64,000 nt of DNA from Microcoleus sp. (GCA_042408215.1 JAYFMW010000030.1:544001-608000), one strand, 5' to 3'; numbered from the stretch's first letter, positions 1 to 10,861 are shown. Translations and numbers: made by a program. The notes: generated by a model not told the origin, from the letters alone.

Positions 1-1284
1 GACGTTTTGACAGTCTAAAATTTTGCGAGTAAGTTGGGATATCAACAGCGGTTGTCCCATTTTCTGAGTTTTGAGGTGGGCGGCGATCGCCTTTTCTACC
101 TGTTCCTCAATTTGTATCCTTTCCGCAGCAGATATCCGCAAATTTGAATTTAATTCAATGCGGAAAACACCATCAATTTCAATGGCATTCGCTGGCTTTA
201 AAATCGCATAAATTCCCGCAGCCCTTACCCGTTCAATCTCCTGTTTGATTTGGCTAACTTTATTGGTATCTTCAAAGTCTATCCCATCGACGAATACTTC
301 AATAACACCAAACTCCCGCAACTCGATCGGTTCACTATTACTGAGATTAAAACTAAGATCCTTGCGTAATGGTTCCCACTGCGTAGTATAACTTTGGTTT
401 AATTCTCCGGCTTTTCCCGGTATCGATGCTTGAACACTCACTTCTACCGTTTCACCGGTAAAATTGATGCTTTCCGTTGTGATAAATTGTTTTCTAGTAG
501 TGGTTTCCAGAACAATAGTTAATTCTGTCCCTCTGGGAATGTGAAGGGGCAATTTTTCCGCTGATACTGGCGTACTAGACAGACTGACTTTTCCTTTCGC
601 ATTATGAAAGTTTTCTCTAACCTTAACTTCCCTAACTCCCGGTAAACTCAACAGGGCATTTTCAATCGATGTTGTATTGGCATTACTAGCAGCAATCAAA
701 GCTTTTTTAGCCCGTTCCCGCAGTTGTTCGTCTGTCTCCCGCAGCTTACCAGTAAAGACAATTGCTTCGGGATTATCAACTGTTTTTACCCCCGGTATCG
801 GCTGGGGCATGATTTTTACAGTTCCGGCTTTTGTAACTTCTGTTTCTCCTGGCTGTATGGCTTGTACCCGCACTTTGATCGATGTTTCCGTGGGGGGAAT
901 AATTTGCGCTTCAATGGTTTTGTAAGCTTTTTTCGGTGATTCTTCCTTATCTTCTGTGGTGACTAATGTTCCGATGGGAATCGTGATATTTTCATCCAGT
1001 CCCAAATCGCGATCGAAAGTAACTATTCCGGTAGCATAATCTGGTTCGCCGCGTTTAATCCCTAAAATCGCGACTACTTTATCTAGATCCACTTCGGCGG
1101 CGGTATCCACATAAGCAGATAGGTAAACCCGCTGCATTTCTTCGTACAAAATCGCCATTTCATAAGCGAAGGATTCGTACAGGGTGCGAACCACACTTCC
1201 GGTTTGAAAGTCGCTGACGGTGGAGACGGTGCGATCGCGCATCGCCTCAAATATTTGGGTAAAATTCTTCTGTTCAAAAACCAT
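1..1284 (-). CDS. Baseplate J/gp47-like protein (partial, runs off left edge)
   Basis: Not in the ORF track. Manual translation from ATG 1284 gives MVFEQKNFTQIFEAMRDRTVSTVSDFQTGSVVRTLYESFAYEMAILYEEMQRVYLSAYVDTAAEVDLDKVVAILGIKRGEPDYATGIVTF, a typical baseplate-J N-terminus. It follows gp25. Confidence 0.85.
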   Translation of the reverse strand, partial: MVFEQKNFTQIFEAMRDRTVSTVSDFQTGSVVRTLYESFAYEMAILYEEMQRVYLSAYVDTAAEVDLDKVVAILGIKRGEPDYATGIVTFDRDLGLDENITIPIGTLVTTEDKEESPKKAYKTIEAQIIPPTETSIKVRVQAIQPGETEVTKAGTVKIMPQPIPGVKTVDNPEAIVFTGKLRETDEQLRERAKKALIAASNANTTSIENALLSLPGVREVKVRENFHNAKGKVSLSSTPVSAEKLPLHIPRGTELTIVLETTTRKQFITTESINFTGETVEVSVQASIPGKAGELNQSYTTQWEPLRKDLSFNLSNSEPIELREFGVIEVFVDGIDFEDTNKVSQIKQEIERVRAAGIYAILKPANAIEIDGVFRIELNSNLRISAAERIQIEEQVEKAIAAHLKTQKMGQPLLISQLTRKILDCQNV

Positions 1285-1295
1285 AATCAAACTTC

Positions 1296-1760
1296 TTAAT
1301 TTCCAACTATCGATATATTCAGAGTCAGCGGTGTATCTAAATCTACCACTTTTACGATGATTTTAGCTTTTAAAGTGTTAGGGTCTTTCAAGCGAGATGG
1401 CGGTTCAAAAACAATATCAATTATCTCATCTATTCTGCTTTCTTGATGCAAACATTCCCGGATATAAATATTGGCTAAACCTTGGGTTTTTATGTTGTTT
1501 AGTTCGCCCACCAACAGATATAAGCGCGAACCATAATCGGGATGTCCTAAACTAGCTAGTTCTCCTTTGCGGGTATAAAGTCGATTTAAAATCGCTTGAC
1601 TTAAATTATCTATTTTTGTTACCGTTGCTAAGTCGCGATTCTCGGCTTCTAAATCTACGTTGTTCCAATCGGCAATTCTGAGCAATTGACGATTCTGCGA
1701 TTCTAAATCTCTGGAGTAGAGAGTTAGTTTTAAATCGAACTTTTGTAAATCATCATCCAT
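1296..1760 (-). CDS. GPW/gp25-family baseplate wedge protein
   Basis: NLSQAILNRLYTRKGEL..HPDYGSRLYLLVGE..ESRI gp25 signature; lies between spike and baseplate J. Confidence 0.85.
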   Translation of the reverse strand: MDDDLQKFDLKLTLYSRDLESQNRQLLRIADWNNVDLEAENRDLATVTKIDNLSQAILNRLYTRKGELASLGHPDYGSRLYLLVGELNNIKTQGLANIYIRECLHQESRIDEIIDIVFEPPSRLKDPNTLKAKIIVKVVDLDTPLTLNISIVGN

Positions 1761-1766
1761 AATTTA

Positions 1767-2291
1767 TCACGATTTTTTGATTTGTTCAATCGTTGCTTGA
1801 GAAAACGTTACATCGGCTTGACTCAAGTCAACTTTTCCGGTGATTTTGACATTCCCAGCGATCGCTAAATTACCAGAAATTTGAATGGGTTTCTCATTCT
1901 GACTAGATAACTGAATGTCACCATCGGCAATTTTGATAATAGTACCACCAAAGCTAACTGTAATCGATCGCTCTGTCACCTCGATCGCTCTTTTGCCATC
2001 ATGCTCAACAGCAAAATTACCTTGAGCCACAATCCGATTCTTAGTCACAAAAGAAATGCCATCTTTTTGGTCTAAGCAAATCTTAGCATGACCGGATTTT
2101 TCGGGTTCTGGACAAGTTTCATCAGTCCCCTGACAAAAACCCTTAGCATGGGGTTTTTCTACCCGACTCGGCATATCGTTGGGACAGATAAAAATCTCTA
2201 AATATAACGGATCGGCATTGGGCTTTTCCTGAATCGTTTGACTCCCTGTATCATAAATATAATCGCTATTAGCACCTTTAATTCTGACCAT
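1767..2291 (-). CDS. Hypothetical tail/spike-associated beta-rich protein
   Basis: Likely start MVRIKGANSDY, because the longer ORF reads through a repeat. Beta-strand-rich C-terminus; inside the tail operon. Confidence 0.55.
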   Translation of the reverse strand: MVRIKGANSDYIYDTGSQTIQEKPNADPLYLEIFICPNDMPSRVEKPHAKGFCQGTDETCPEPEKSGHAKICLDQKDGISFVTKNRIVAQGNFAVEHDGKRAIEVTERSITVSFGGTIIKIADGDIQLSSQNEKPIQISGNLAIAGNVKITGKVDLSQADVTFSQATIEQIKKS

Positions 2292-2444
2292 CTTCTTAAT
2301 ATTTGGGGTGGAAAGTTGACTGAACAAACGAGCATAGGATAAAGGCAAAAAAACCCGGTTTCTTAGAAAAATAGTGGCTCTCCACCAGAGATATCCAGGC
2401 AGAAACCGGGTTTTTGGCCCCGCCTGCGTCCAGGAATGGAGCAA

Positions 2445-3296
2445 TTAACCGACTTGAGTATTTCTAGCTTTGGCTTGAATAGAATTAATCTTTTCAGTTG
2501 GGACCATCACCGGACAAGGCGCACCTAAATTCCCCATGTGAGTGTGCATACTGAGAATAATATCATCACCATCGCCCACTGCATTAGCTAATAATCGGCC
2601 GCCAACTTGGATCGAACCCGTCGCAGCATCACCAATTTTAATGCTACCCATACTTTTGACACTGACATTGTTACTAGCAGCGTCAATAGTAATGCCCCCA
2701 GCTTCGATTTTAATTTTGCAAGTACCATTATCAATGGTAATGTTGCCACCACTCAAAACTACTTTACATTGTTCATTTTTGAGCGTAGCATCTCCCCCCT
2801 CTAAAGTTAAATGACATTTCTCATTCGTCAGATCAATTTTATCATCATTAACCGTAATTACGTGCTTTTCATTTTTGCTAGTGACGGTAATTGATCCCTC
2901 TTTATCAATTTTTAAACTGCCCCCTTTTTCTCGATCGTGTTGCAGCAAAAATTCCTTTTCTTTATTGACTGGAGGTTGGTCTTCATCATTATACAACCGC
3001 CCAATAATTATCGGAGCATTAATATCGCCTCCAATAAAAGTCACCAAGACTAAATCTCCCACATTGGGAATATTCGCCAGTCCAATATGGGGCGTAACAG
3101 TTGGCACTTTCCGCAATTCAAAATCTTTGCCATCGGGCTGCTTTTTATTCTTCAATCTTACGGAACATTGGTAGTTATCTTTATCGCTATCCGAAGCATG
3201 GGGAAATATTGCCGTCACGATGCCAAGTTCGGTAGTATAAATTTTTTGTGCTTCTTGCTGGGCAACTTTTTGCATTACCCCAATAATTGAATCCAT
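2445..3296 (-). CDS. Baseplate assembly protein V / gp5-type spike
   Basis: OB-fold motif IPNVGDLVLVTFIGGDINAPIIIGRLY, beta-helix repeats and C-terminal HTH (HxH) metal-binding tip. Confidence 0.85.
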   Translation of the reverse strand: MDSIIGVMQKVAQQEAQKIYTTELGIVTAIFPHASDSDKDNYQCSVRLKNKKQPDGKDFELRKVPTVTPHIGLANIPNVGDLVLVTFIGGDINAPIIIGRLYNDEDQPPVNKEKEFLLQHDREKGGSLKIDKEGSITVTSKNEKHVITVNDDKIDLTNEKCHLTLEGGDATLKNEQCKVVLSGGNITIDNGTCKIKIEAGGITIDAASNNVSVKSMGSIKIGDAATGSIQVGGRLLANAVGDGDDIILSMHTHMGNLGAPCPVMVPTEKINSIQAKARNTQVG

Positions 3297-4265
3297 TATT
3301 TTTCCTCCCAATCAATCGTGGTTAAAAAACCCTGATGGCGGTTCAGGATATGCTTAATTCCAGTCACTTTAAAACTGCCATTTTGCTTGCTAATGGGCAT
3401 TTTTGTGATTTGGATACCATCGCCTAATTTGACATTGGCTGCACCCATCGCCACGATCTGTCCCCGTTGCTTTTGTTTCAGATGACTTAGCACCCCCCGT
3501 GCAATACTTTGAGCAACAGCTTGGCTGCGTGCGGTGGGATCGGCCAGTCGCAGAACGTTTCCACCCGCATCCCGCCGTGGCTTTCACTTCGTTTTTAGTC
3601 AACCAAGAATAAGCCTGTTCTCCTTGTCCTTGACTGGCTGGACTTTCTCCATAAATTTCTACTTTTTCGATGCCTTTTTGCGGTTGTTTTGAGCAGTATT
3701 TGAGCAAATCTTGACCGTAAGTAAAAGTATGAGTTACAGCAGGAGTGTACTGGGAAAAAATTGCCCGATCGCGATCGTTAGCATAAACATCAAAACCGCA
3801 TTGTCGAGCTAAGTTATACAAGCAATCGGCCGCATTTTGGCGATCGCCCACCGTATAAACCGAAAATTTAATCCCATTCTCAACTTTACCAATAGTCAAC
3901 TTCGCTTGTCTGAGAATATCTTTAACAATATCCCCCCCATGAGATTTTTCATAAACCCGATTCAATCGCAGCAAAGTTAAATCAGTAAAAGCACTAGCCG
4001 CCTCAATCTGAACGCGATCGATTTCCCAATCTACACAAGTCACTCTACCTGTAAATACTAAGGTAGTTTGTTTCTCGTAACCGATTTCTATAGATACCGG
4101 ATCTTTGGGAGAAACCTCCACATTTTTCGGGATACCTAACACAATCCGACAAGTGTTGACGGGAATATGCAAAGAAGCTTGCGATCGCAAATCGAGTAAC
4201 AGCGTTCCATCATTCGCCGTGTAGGTAGTTCTGCCGAGTTGGATTTTGTAACTAATCTTTAACAT
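3296..4265 (-). pseudogene. Late control D / baseplate hub protein, frameshifted near 3565
   Basis: MLKISYKIQLG..LVFTGRV..LARQCGFDVY continues in another frame as GGNVLRLADPTARS..VKLGDGIQ..FKVTGIKH..GFLTTIDWEEK*. Could be a real lesion or a sequencing indel. Confidence 0.75.
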
Positions 4266-4610
4266 CAAAATCACCCCTATACTGGTAAAGCATTTACAGC
4301 AGATTGCAGGTTTATGAAGTACATCCCAGAGCGAGCGATCCCCGTAGGGAAACGGCAATGCTCATTGGTGTAAACTTAACGTCAAACCCTGTCAGAAACG
4401 GCTGTTTGACTATTAAGCCTAGATCCCCCCTAGCCCCCCTTAAGAAGGGGGGGACAAGAGTCCGATCAAAGTCACCCCCTACTCCCCTTCTTAAGGGGGA
4501 TTTAGGGGGATCTAGACTCAGGTAAAAGCGATATTTATCAAGGGTTTCAGGCTTAAGTTGACACTAATGGGCGAAAGCCTTTGTCCCTACTTTAACATCA
4601 AAATCACCCC

Positions 4611-7600
4611 CTATACTGGTAAAGCATTTAACAGGCGATCGAAAGCTTCCTCCACATCTTCTAACCCAATATTTAGTTCACTTTTTAGCTGTTCCAGCCT
4701 CGCCCTTAAGTCTTTAAACAACTTATTAATTGCCTCCCGTAGGGCTTCAGTTTTCTTGACAACTTTCTGATACTGACCGTCGAGACTACTGGCGACAGCA
4801 CCCAGAAGATCGTGGAACAATTGAATAATTTTAGCGTGCAATTTATCCAATTCATCGACAATTTTTTGCGGATAAATTTCTGCTAATTGCTGCTGGATAT
4901 AGGGAAAAATTGACTCAATATTCATCACCAATTCCCCGGCATAATTCGATTCTATCAACACCCGGTTGAAGTGAACAATATTATTTCGATAGTCACCTTG
5001 AGATAACTTTTGCGCTTCAGGAGACAGTTGTATTCCCTGTAATTGGTCTGGTTTATAGAGGTTTTCATCCAACAGTAAGCGATTCAAATCCCGAATTACT
5101 GCTAGTTTTGTGCCGGGGGAGTTGACAGCAAGCAAAGACTGAGTATTCGCAGTCAATTGAGATTTGATATAAACAGTCAGACTGTCTTGAGATTCCCGCA
5201 GTTTTTCCAGAAACTTATCAAAATTGATAAAATCGCTGTCTTCAAAACTATTAATAATTCGGTGCGGGCTGAGGAATTTTACAGTCTCCCAAACATTGTT
5301 ATAGGTTCCTTGCAATGCCGTCACTACTTCGCTAACTAGACTATTAATTACAGCTTTCACTGCATTAATAGCATCGCGTATTTGAGCGCCTAAATTCGTG
5401 GCAATATTGCTCAAAATATCCGCTAATCTTCCTGGTGCTTCTGATAATTTTTGAATCACCAGTTTGATATCACCAAGCACGGAACGAGGTTGTGCTAGTA
5501 AATTATCTAGGGAATTGAGCAGGTTTTGGATCGGATTAATCAGTTGTCGATCCAATTCCTCTGGTAAGAATTGTTTGAAACTGGTAAGCATCTGCTCGGT
5601 ATTAAAGTTTTGAATCACTTCAATACTGTTGGGTAGATTTGGTTTGAGTCGATCGCCATCTGTTGTCAGCAATTGCTCCACTCGTTCATAAACCGACTGC
5701 GGATTGGTGGTGTTGATGCCATCATAAAGTCTTTGTAGGCGATCGCGCAAATCTTGATAATCCACCGCCAATTCTGCTTGGGGACTAAATTGAGCCAAAG
5801 TCAATTGCTTTGCTTCCCACAACACCTGCACTTCAACCATCACCGGAGCATATTCGCTGACAGCCGCTTGCAAACTGCTCAAATCAAAACCAACATTCGG
5901 GTTTTTCTGAATTTTCACATAATCTGTAATTGCCTGTTTCAATCCTCCTACAGATACCGTTAACTGCTCTGTACCGATCGCATTAACTCGCTCAACCACG
6001 CGATCGCGCAGAGATTCAATTTGCTGAATTTTGTCAGCAAAACTGTAGCTCAAAATATTTTCTAACGTCAGCCAAAAATCCGATTGCACCACATCTGCCA
6101 AACCCACACTCGCCATCAACTTATCAACTTGATTCAATCCCTCATTCACTTTTGCTACTAAAGCTTCTACCGGAATCTCATCCAAATTTTTAGTCACAAT
6201 TGCCAACTGCTCCTTCAGAAAATCAGTCATCCTATCTGGAGACAAAGATTCAATAATTTGCACCAGTTTTTGATAAAGCTCATCTAACTTATCAACTAAC
6301 TGCTGAGGATCGATCGCATCCAGCTTCCCAAGCATTTCATCATAAAAATCCTTAACTGGTTTCAGCAAAATCGAAGGTTTGTACTCATCAATTTTCGCTA
6401 CCACCGTATCTAGAGAAGGTTTGACAACTTTTTCAATTAAACTTCCCGGTTGAAAAGATTGAATTTTTGCATCAATTTTATCAACTTCTCCCTGAATCAA
6501 TCCTACCAAGTCTTCTATCGGCTCCAGAATTTCTGCAAAAGCCAAGTTCAATTCTGGATTGACAATCCCCGGTACATCCACCTCTTTAATAATTGTCGTC
6601 CCCACTTTCAGAGCCACTTTAGTTGGGGTAATAAGCTTAGCGGCATCAATCCCGCGCAACTTAGTTTCTAGATCGCCCGTTTTATCAACTACCGCCTTAA
6701 ATGCAGGTTTAAGTGATACTTTTCCTAAGTTATCAGTAATCAATTTAATCCCACTTTCTGCCTCTTTGAGACTGTGTTCTACCAGGGGATTATCTAAGAC
6801 TTGCGTAACTCGATCGAGTAATTGATTGATTTTATCCTCTAAAGCTTGCCTGTTAAGATTAGTTTCAATTTTGGTGTTTAATCCCCCGATACTGCTTCTT
6901 ACTTCCTCCGTTGTTTTGTGAATTTCCACCGAAATTTTATTAATATTATTGACCACAAATGTTGAGGCTTCGTTGCAACTCCGCTTTAGAGGTTTAACCA
7001 ACTCCATTGATTCCGCGCAAATTTTGTCAATGAAATCTTTAATTTCCCGGATTGCATCAGACAGAAAACTTTTGATTTGACTTAAAACGTCCTTACCTTT
7101 GTCGATCGCCTGAGCAATGGCTGTAGTCGCTTGTCTGGCCAATTCCTCCGCCTTGCTAATAGCAGTATCAATCAGTTGAGGGATTTTTTGGGTAAACTGT
7201 CGCAGTTTAGCCGTAATCTCTGCAACTTTTCGATCGATCGTGTCGATATAAACTTGAAGCTGATTAAATAGCGGCACTAAGGAAAGCGTATTTTCATCGC
7301 TGGCGGCTACTTGCGAAAGTTGAACTAAAGCAGTATTGAAACTCTCGATAGTAAAATTATTTAAATTAGCGATCGCCCTTTTAATTCTCGCTTCATTTTC
7401 CTCAATATTTCGAGAAAGTTTCCTAGTTTTTTGACGCAACTCTGCCATCGATAATTTGTCGAGTTTGTTGGGATTTTCTAACTGGTTCAGAATAGCTTGA
7501 TATTCACCAAAATATTCGCGACGCTGATGAATATTCGTTTCAATACTCTGAATCGCCTGGGAAGGAAGTTGTTGGCTTAAGGATAAAACTTGAGCTGTAA

Positions 7601-8174
7601 AAAGGCTGGTTAAACTAGCCGAACCCAGTTGGCTGAGTAATTCATCAGGATTAGATAGTTGATCGAGTAATTTCTGAAACACCTTTAACAAAGCATTAAA
7701 TGTCCGCACTGGCAACATTTGGGCCTTACTCAGGAATTCGTTAAACTCACTAAATATCGAGTTAGCAACAGGTGGCAAATCGCCAAGGCTGATACTGAAG
7801 CTCAAATCTTGAGTCAAACTGACAATTGTTGATTTAACTTCACCCACCAAATCTATATTTTTAAAACTATCAGCACTAGGAATTGGAATAGCTGCGGATA
7901 AACTTGCCAAATTCAGCGTAGTGAGTTGATGGAATTTAGTAGTTACTTCTGCTTTCAGTTCATTGGCTGACAAAGGAACTGATGAAATTGTCTTTTCTAT
8001 ATTGCTTAAATCTAATTTTGGCAGATTTATGCCCTTTTTGAATTCATCAAAATCTGGCAGTTGCGGTGTTACTTGGCCCAGAATAGTTTCCGGGTGACTA
8101 AGTTGATTTGTGAAATCAGCAAAGGTCGCTTCAGGGTTAATGTAATTTAAATCTTCTAAGAGAGAAAGTGCCAT
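4611..8174 (-). CDS. Large alpha-helical repeat protein (tape-measure-like) of the tail operon
   Basis: About 1187 aa with amphipathic helical repeats; embedded in the operon. Function inferred. Confidence 0.55.
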   Translation of the reverse strand: MALSLLEDLNYINPEATFADFTNQLSHPETILGQVTPQLPDFDEFKKGINLPKLDLSNIEKTISSVPLSANELKAEVTTKFHQLTTLNLASLSAAIPIPSADSFKNIDLVGEVKSTIVSLTQDLSFSISLGDLPPVANSIFSEFNEFLSKAQMLPVRTFNALLKVFQKLLDQLSNPDELLSQLGSASLTSLFTAQVLSLSQQLPSQAIQSIETNIHQRREYFGEYQAILNQLENPNKLDKLSMAELRQKTRKLSRNIEENEARIKRAIANLNNFTIESFNTALVQLSQVAASDENTLSLVPLFNQLQVYIDTIDRKVAEITAKLRQFTQKIPQLIDTAISKAEELARQATTAIAQAIDKGKDVLSQIKSFLSDAIREIKDFIDKICAESMELVKPLKRSCNEASTFVVNNINKISVEIHKTTEEVRSSIGGLNTKIETNLNRQALEDKINQLLDRVTQVLDNPLVEHSLKEAESGIKLITDNLGKVSLKPAFKAVVDKTGDLETKLRGIDAAKLITPTKVALKVGTTIIKEVDVPGIVNPELNLAFAEILEPIEDLVGLIQGEVDKIDAKIQSFQPGSLIEKVVKPSLDTVVAKIDEYKPSILLKPVKDFYDEMLGKLDAIDPQQLVDKLDELYQKLVQIIESLSPDRMTDFLKEQLAIVTKNLDEIPVEALVAKVNEGLNQVDKLMASVGLADVVQSDFWLTLENILSYSFADKIQQIESLRDRVVERVNAIGTEQLTVSVGGLKQAITDYVKIQKNPNVGFDLSSLQAAVSEYAPVMVEVQVLWEAKQLTLAQFSPQAELAVDYQDLRDRLQRLYDGINTTNPQSVYERVEQLLTTDGDRLKPNLPNSIEVIQNFNTEQMLTSFKQFLPEELDRQLINPIQNLLNSLDNLLAQPRSVLGDIKLVIQKLSEAPGRLADILSNIATNLGAQIRDAINAVKAVINSLVSEVVTALQGTYNNVWETVKFLSPHRIINSFEDSDFINFDKFLEKLRESQDSLTVYIKSQLTANTQSLLAVNSPGTKLAVIRDLNRLLLDENLYKPDQLQGIQLSPEAQKLSQGDYRNNIVHFNRVLIESNYAGELVMNIESIFPYIQQQLAEIYPQKIVDELDKLHAKIIQLFHDLLGAVASSLDGQYQKVVKKTEALREAINKLFKDLRARLEQLKSELNIGLEDVEEAFDRLLNALPV

Positions 8175-8298
8175 AAATTTAATTCCCAAGGTAAAGATAA
8201 AATGTTTTTTTTTGAGCAGATTTCCAGATTTTCGGGGAACAATTGAAATCTAACAGGTGGCTGGTATTTACTCCTAGGTCTACTTGAATATTTCAGCA

Positions 8299-8883
8299 CT
8301 AAATTTTAAAAAGTGCTTTCAATCCAGCAGTCGCTTGGTCAAAGTTTTTAGTGGCTTCTTTCACAGGTTCTAAACCTGTTTTCAAAGGTGCGATCGGGTT
8401 AGTAATTTCTGGCAAATTCCCCATTTGCAAAGCATCAGTCAGACTCACAACATCCATCAGTTTAGCAGCATCAAGCTTAATTTTTTGATCTAGATTAGAA
8501 ACTCCTGGGGATGCAATGGGTTTGGGAGGTTCAACATACTCTTGAACAATCAGTCGATAGCTAAATTCATCGGGCGATCGCGCAAGTTGCCACACTTCCA
8601 TTTTTTCTAATACAACTTGGCTAAAATAGGCTTGACCGACTATTTCCGCCACAAAGTCAACGGCTTTTCGCTGTTTGTGGATTTTTCGCAGAAAATCTAA
8701 ATCATCCCCTGCTTTTTGTCCGTAAAAAATTCCGCTAATTTCCAATTGTACCGAATCCCTTCCCAAATCTTGCACCAGATTTCCCAATTTACCAGGAATC
8801 CGATGAGTCACCCAATCCGCTTGTTCTAGGGTGACAATTTTATGCACTTTATTGAGTTCAACTTTTCCTAATTTGATGGCCAT
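8299..8883 (-). CDS. Tube initiator / DNA circularization N-terminal domain-like protein
   Basis: HRIPGKLGNLVQDLGRDSVQLEISG motif; position in the tail operon. Confidence 0.65.
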   Translation of the reverse strand: MAIKLGKVELNKVHKIVTLEQADWVTHRIPGKLGNLVQDLGRDSVQLEISGIFYGQKAGDDLDFLRKIHKQRKAVDFVAEIVGQAYFSQVVLEKMEVWQLARSPDEFSYRLIVQEYVEPPKPIASPGVSNLDQKIKLDAAKLMDVVSLTDALQMGNLPEITNPIAPLKTGLEPVKEATKNFDQATAGLKALFKI

Positions 8884-8885
8884 AA

Positions 8886-10046
8886 TTACTCCCCATAAAA
8901 TCGGCGATATTCTCGATTTATTTCTTGGGCGATCGCCTCTAAAATTGTCTCCATCTCTAGTTCGGGATGGCGATCGCTATGCAAAGATGCTTCTACCATA
9001 GCGTACCTATTTCTACTATCATCAGCTATTTTCGTCCTATTTTCCACCTCACTCTCCTGTGGTTCCAGCCATCCACCCTTGGCTGCTACAAATTCTTCGG
9101 AAATATCCGAAACATAACTCATTTTTTCCGATGTTTCCATCTGATAATCGGCTAATTCACTTTCGGAAAACAGGAGATTTTCTGAAGAATCATGTTTGAG
9201 GAAATCCGCCTCAATTATATGTTCTTGATTGGGCTGCGATACCAAAAAAGCCGACAAATCTTTTAAGCCTTTCATTCCCAGTGAATTTTGGGCAAAATCC
9301 CTCTGAATGTGCTCTGTTTGTTCTGTCGCCTTATCCAATTTTGGTAGATTGACATTCTGGGCAAATTGTGTTTTTATTTCCCTTGGTTCATCCACTACAG
9401 ACAAAACTTCTGAAGTTGGGTCTGAATCAGATTTATAGAAGGCTAATTCCTGAGATAAAACTCGATCGCCTCCCTCAGCATCAGATTCATCAAAACCTAA
9501 ATCCCTAGGATTAATCCTTGTATCTACCAGGGGAATTTCTGCCACAGAATCTGAATAATTCCCCAGCGCAGGATGATTTTTTTGCCCTTCTCCCGGCGCC
9601 ACAACTCTCTGGGATATCGCTTGAGGTTTTGACGAAGTATCCCCCAGAGATAAAGATGGCGATCGCCTTTTTGCATAACTAGATTGGCTATTAGCAGTAG
9701 GGATTGGTCGATCGGGATTAACCAAAGACTCGTATCTTCTCCAAGTTTCTAAGTAAGGATGAATTTTTGGGCGATCGTCCGATGTAGTTTCCTCCCCTAG
9801 ATTGATATTATTTAAACTTCCCAAATCAGGCGGAATAAACCCTGTAGTCAGCAATTTTTCCCAAACTTTAGATTCATTGATGACTACCTCGAATCGCTCA
9901 GTTTCCTGATACAAAAGCGCGATTTCCGCCCAATCTTCGCTACTCAAAAGATTGTCAGTCAACCATCCACTCGTATAGTTACACAATAAAGCTTGAAATT
10001 CATTGCTCAGATTGATGCCAAGATCTTTTAAACTTTCATCACCCAT
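8886..10046 (-). CDS. Acidic, largely disordered hypothetical protein of the tail operon
   Basis: The ORF-track start MCNDPL comes from a repeat; likely start is MGDESLK. Ends in a helical ILEAIAQEINREYRRFYGE. Confidence 0.55.
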   Translation of the reverse strand: MGDESLKDLGINLSNEFQALLCNYTSGWLTDNLLSSEDWAEIALLYQETERFEVVINESKVWEKLLTTGFIPPDLGSLNNINLGEETTSDDRPKIHPYLETWRRYESLVNPDRPIPTANSQSSYAKRRSPSLSLGDTSSKPQAISQRVVAPGEGQKNHPALGNYSDSVAEIPLVDTRINPRDLGFDESDAEGGDRVLSQELAFYKSDSDPTSEVLSVVDEPREIKTQFAQNVNLPKLDKATEQTEHIQRDFAQNSLGMKGLKDLSAFLVSQPNQEHIIEADFLKHDSSENLLFSESELADYQMETSEKMSYVSDISEEFVAAKGGWLEPQESEVENRTKIADDSRNRYAMVEASLHSDRHPELEMETILEAIAQEINREYRRFYGE

Positions 10047-10698
10047 CTTCACTTTGTCGCTCCTCTGTACTTCACTAAAACAGGACTTATACCAATTTAA
10101 TGGGTCGTTGCACATATCTCGATCCCCCTAAATCCCCCCCTCCCCTAGGGCGTGACTTTCAGACTACGCCTTAAGATCTTAGATCCCCCTACATCCCCCT
10201 TAAAAAGGGGGACTTCCAGACTCTTTCCCCCCCCTTATTAAGGGGGGCTGGGGCCGATCTTAATGGGTCGTTGCACATATCTCGATCGCCCTAGCTCCCC
10301 CCCAAGGGGGGAAGGGGGACTTTGAGAAGAATCTTGTCCCACACCCCCTACTCCCCTACTCCCCTTATTAAGGGGGGTTATACCAATTTAATGGGTCGTT
10401 GCACATATCTCGATCCCCCTAAATCCCCCTTAACAAGGGGGACTTTGAGAAGAATCTTGTCCCCCCCTTATTAAGGGGGGTTAGGGGGGATCGAAATTCT
10501 ATGCAGCCTCATAAAAAACAGGTATTAGGGGGGATCGAAATTCTATGCAGCCTCATAAAAAACAGGACTTACGCACGCGGAGCCAAAAACCCGGTTTCTA
10601 CATCAATATCTCTCGGCTCAAGCCACGATTTTCAAAGAAACCGGGTTTTTTTGGCCTTAGTCCTATAAAAAAAGCCATCCCCACATCGCCACATCCCC

Positions 10699-10861
10699 TC
10701 ATTTTTCCGAGCGATTTTCCTCATCTAACAGTTGTAGATACATTGACACCTGCGCCATTGTCATCGATCCCACTTGTTGAGGAGTCCAACCAAAAGCACG
10801 CGCTAATCGAAAGCTAGCTAACACCAGTGGCGAATTACTTAACTCGAAATCATTTTTTTTT
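10699..10861 (-). CDS. -1 frameshift extension of the tail chaperone (gpGT/gpE'-like)
   Basis: GAA AAA AAA ATG read in the -1 frame gives NDFELSNSPLVLASFRLARAFGWTPQQVGSMTMAQVSMYLQLLDEENRSEK*. Confidence 0.75.

Noticed and set aside
677..1277. Short ORFs in the track
   Set aside because: Antisense or out-of-frame shadows of the baseplate J gene
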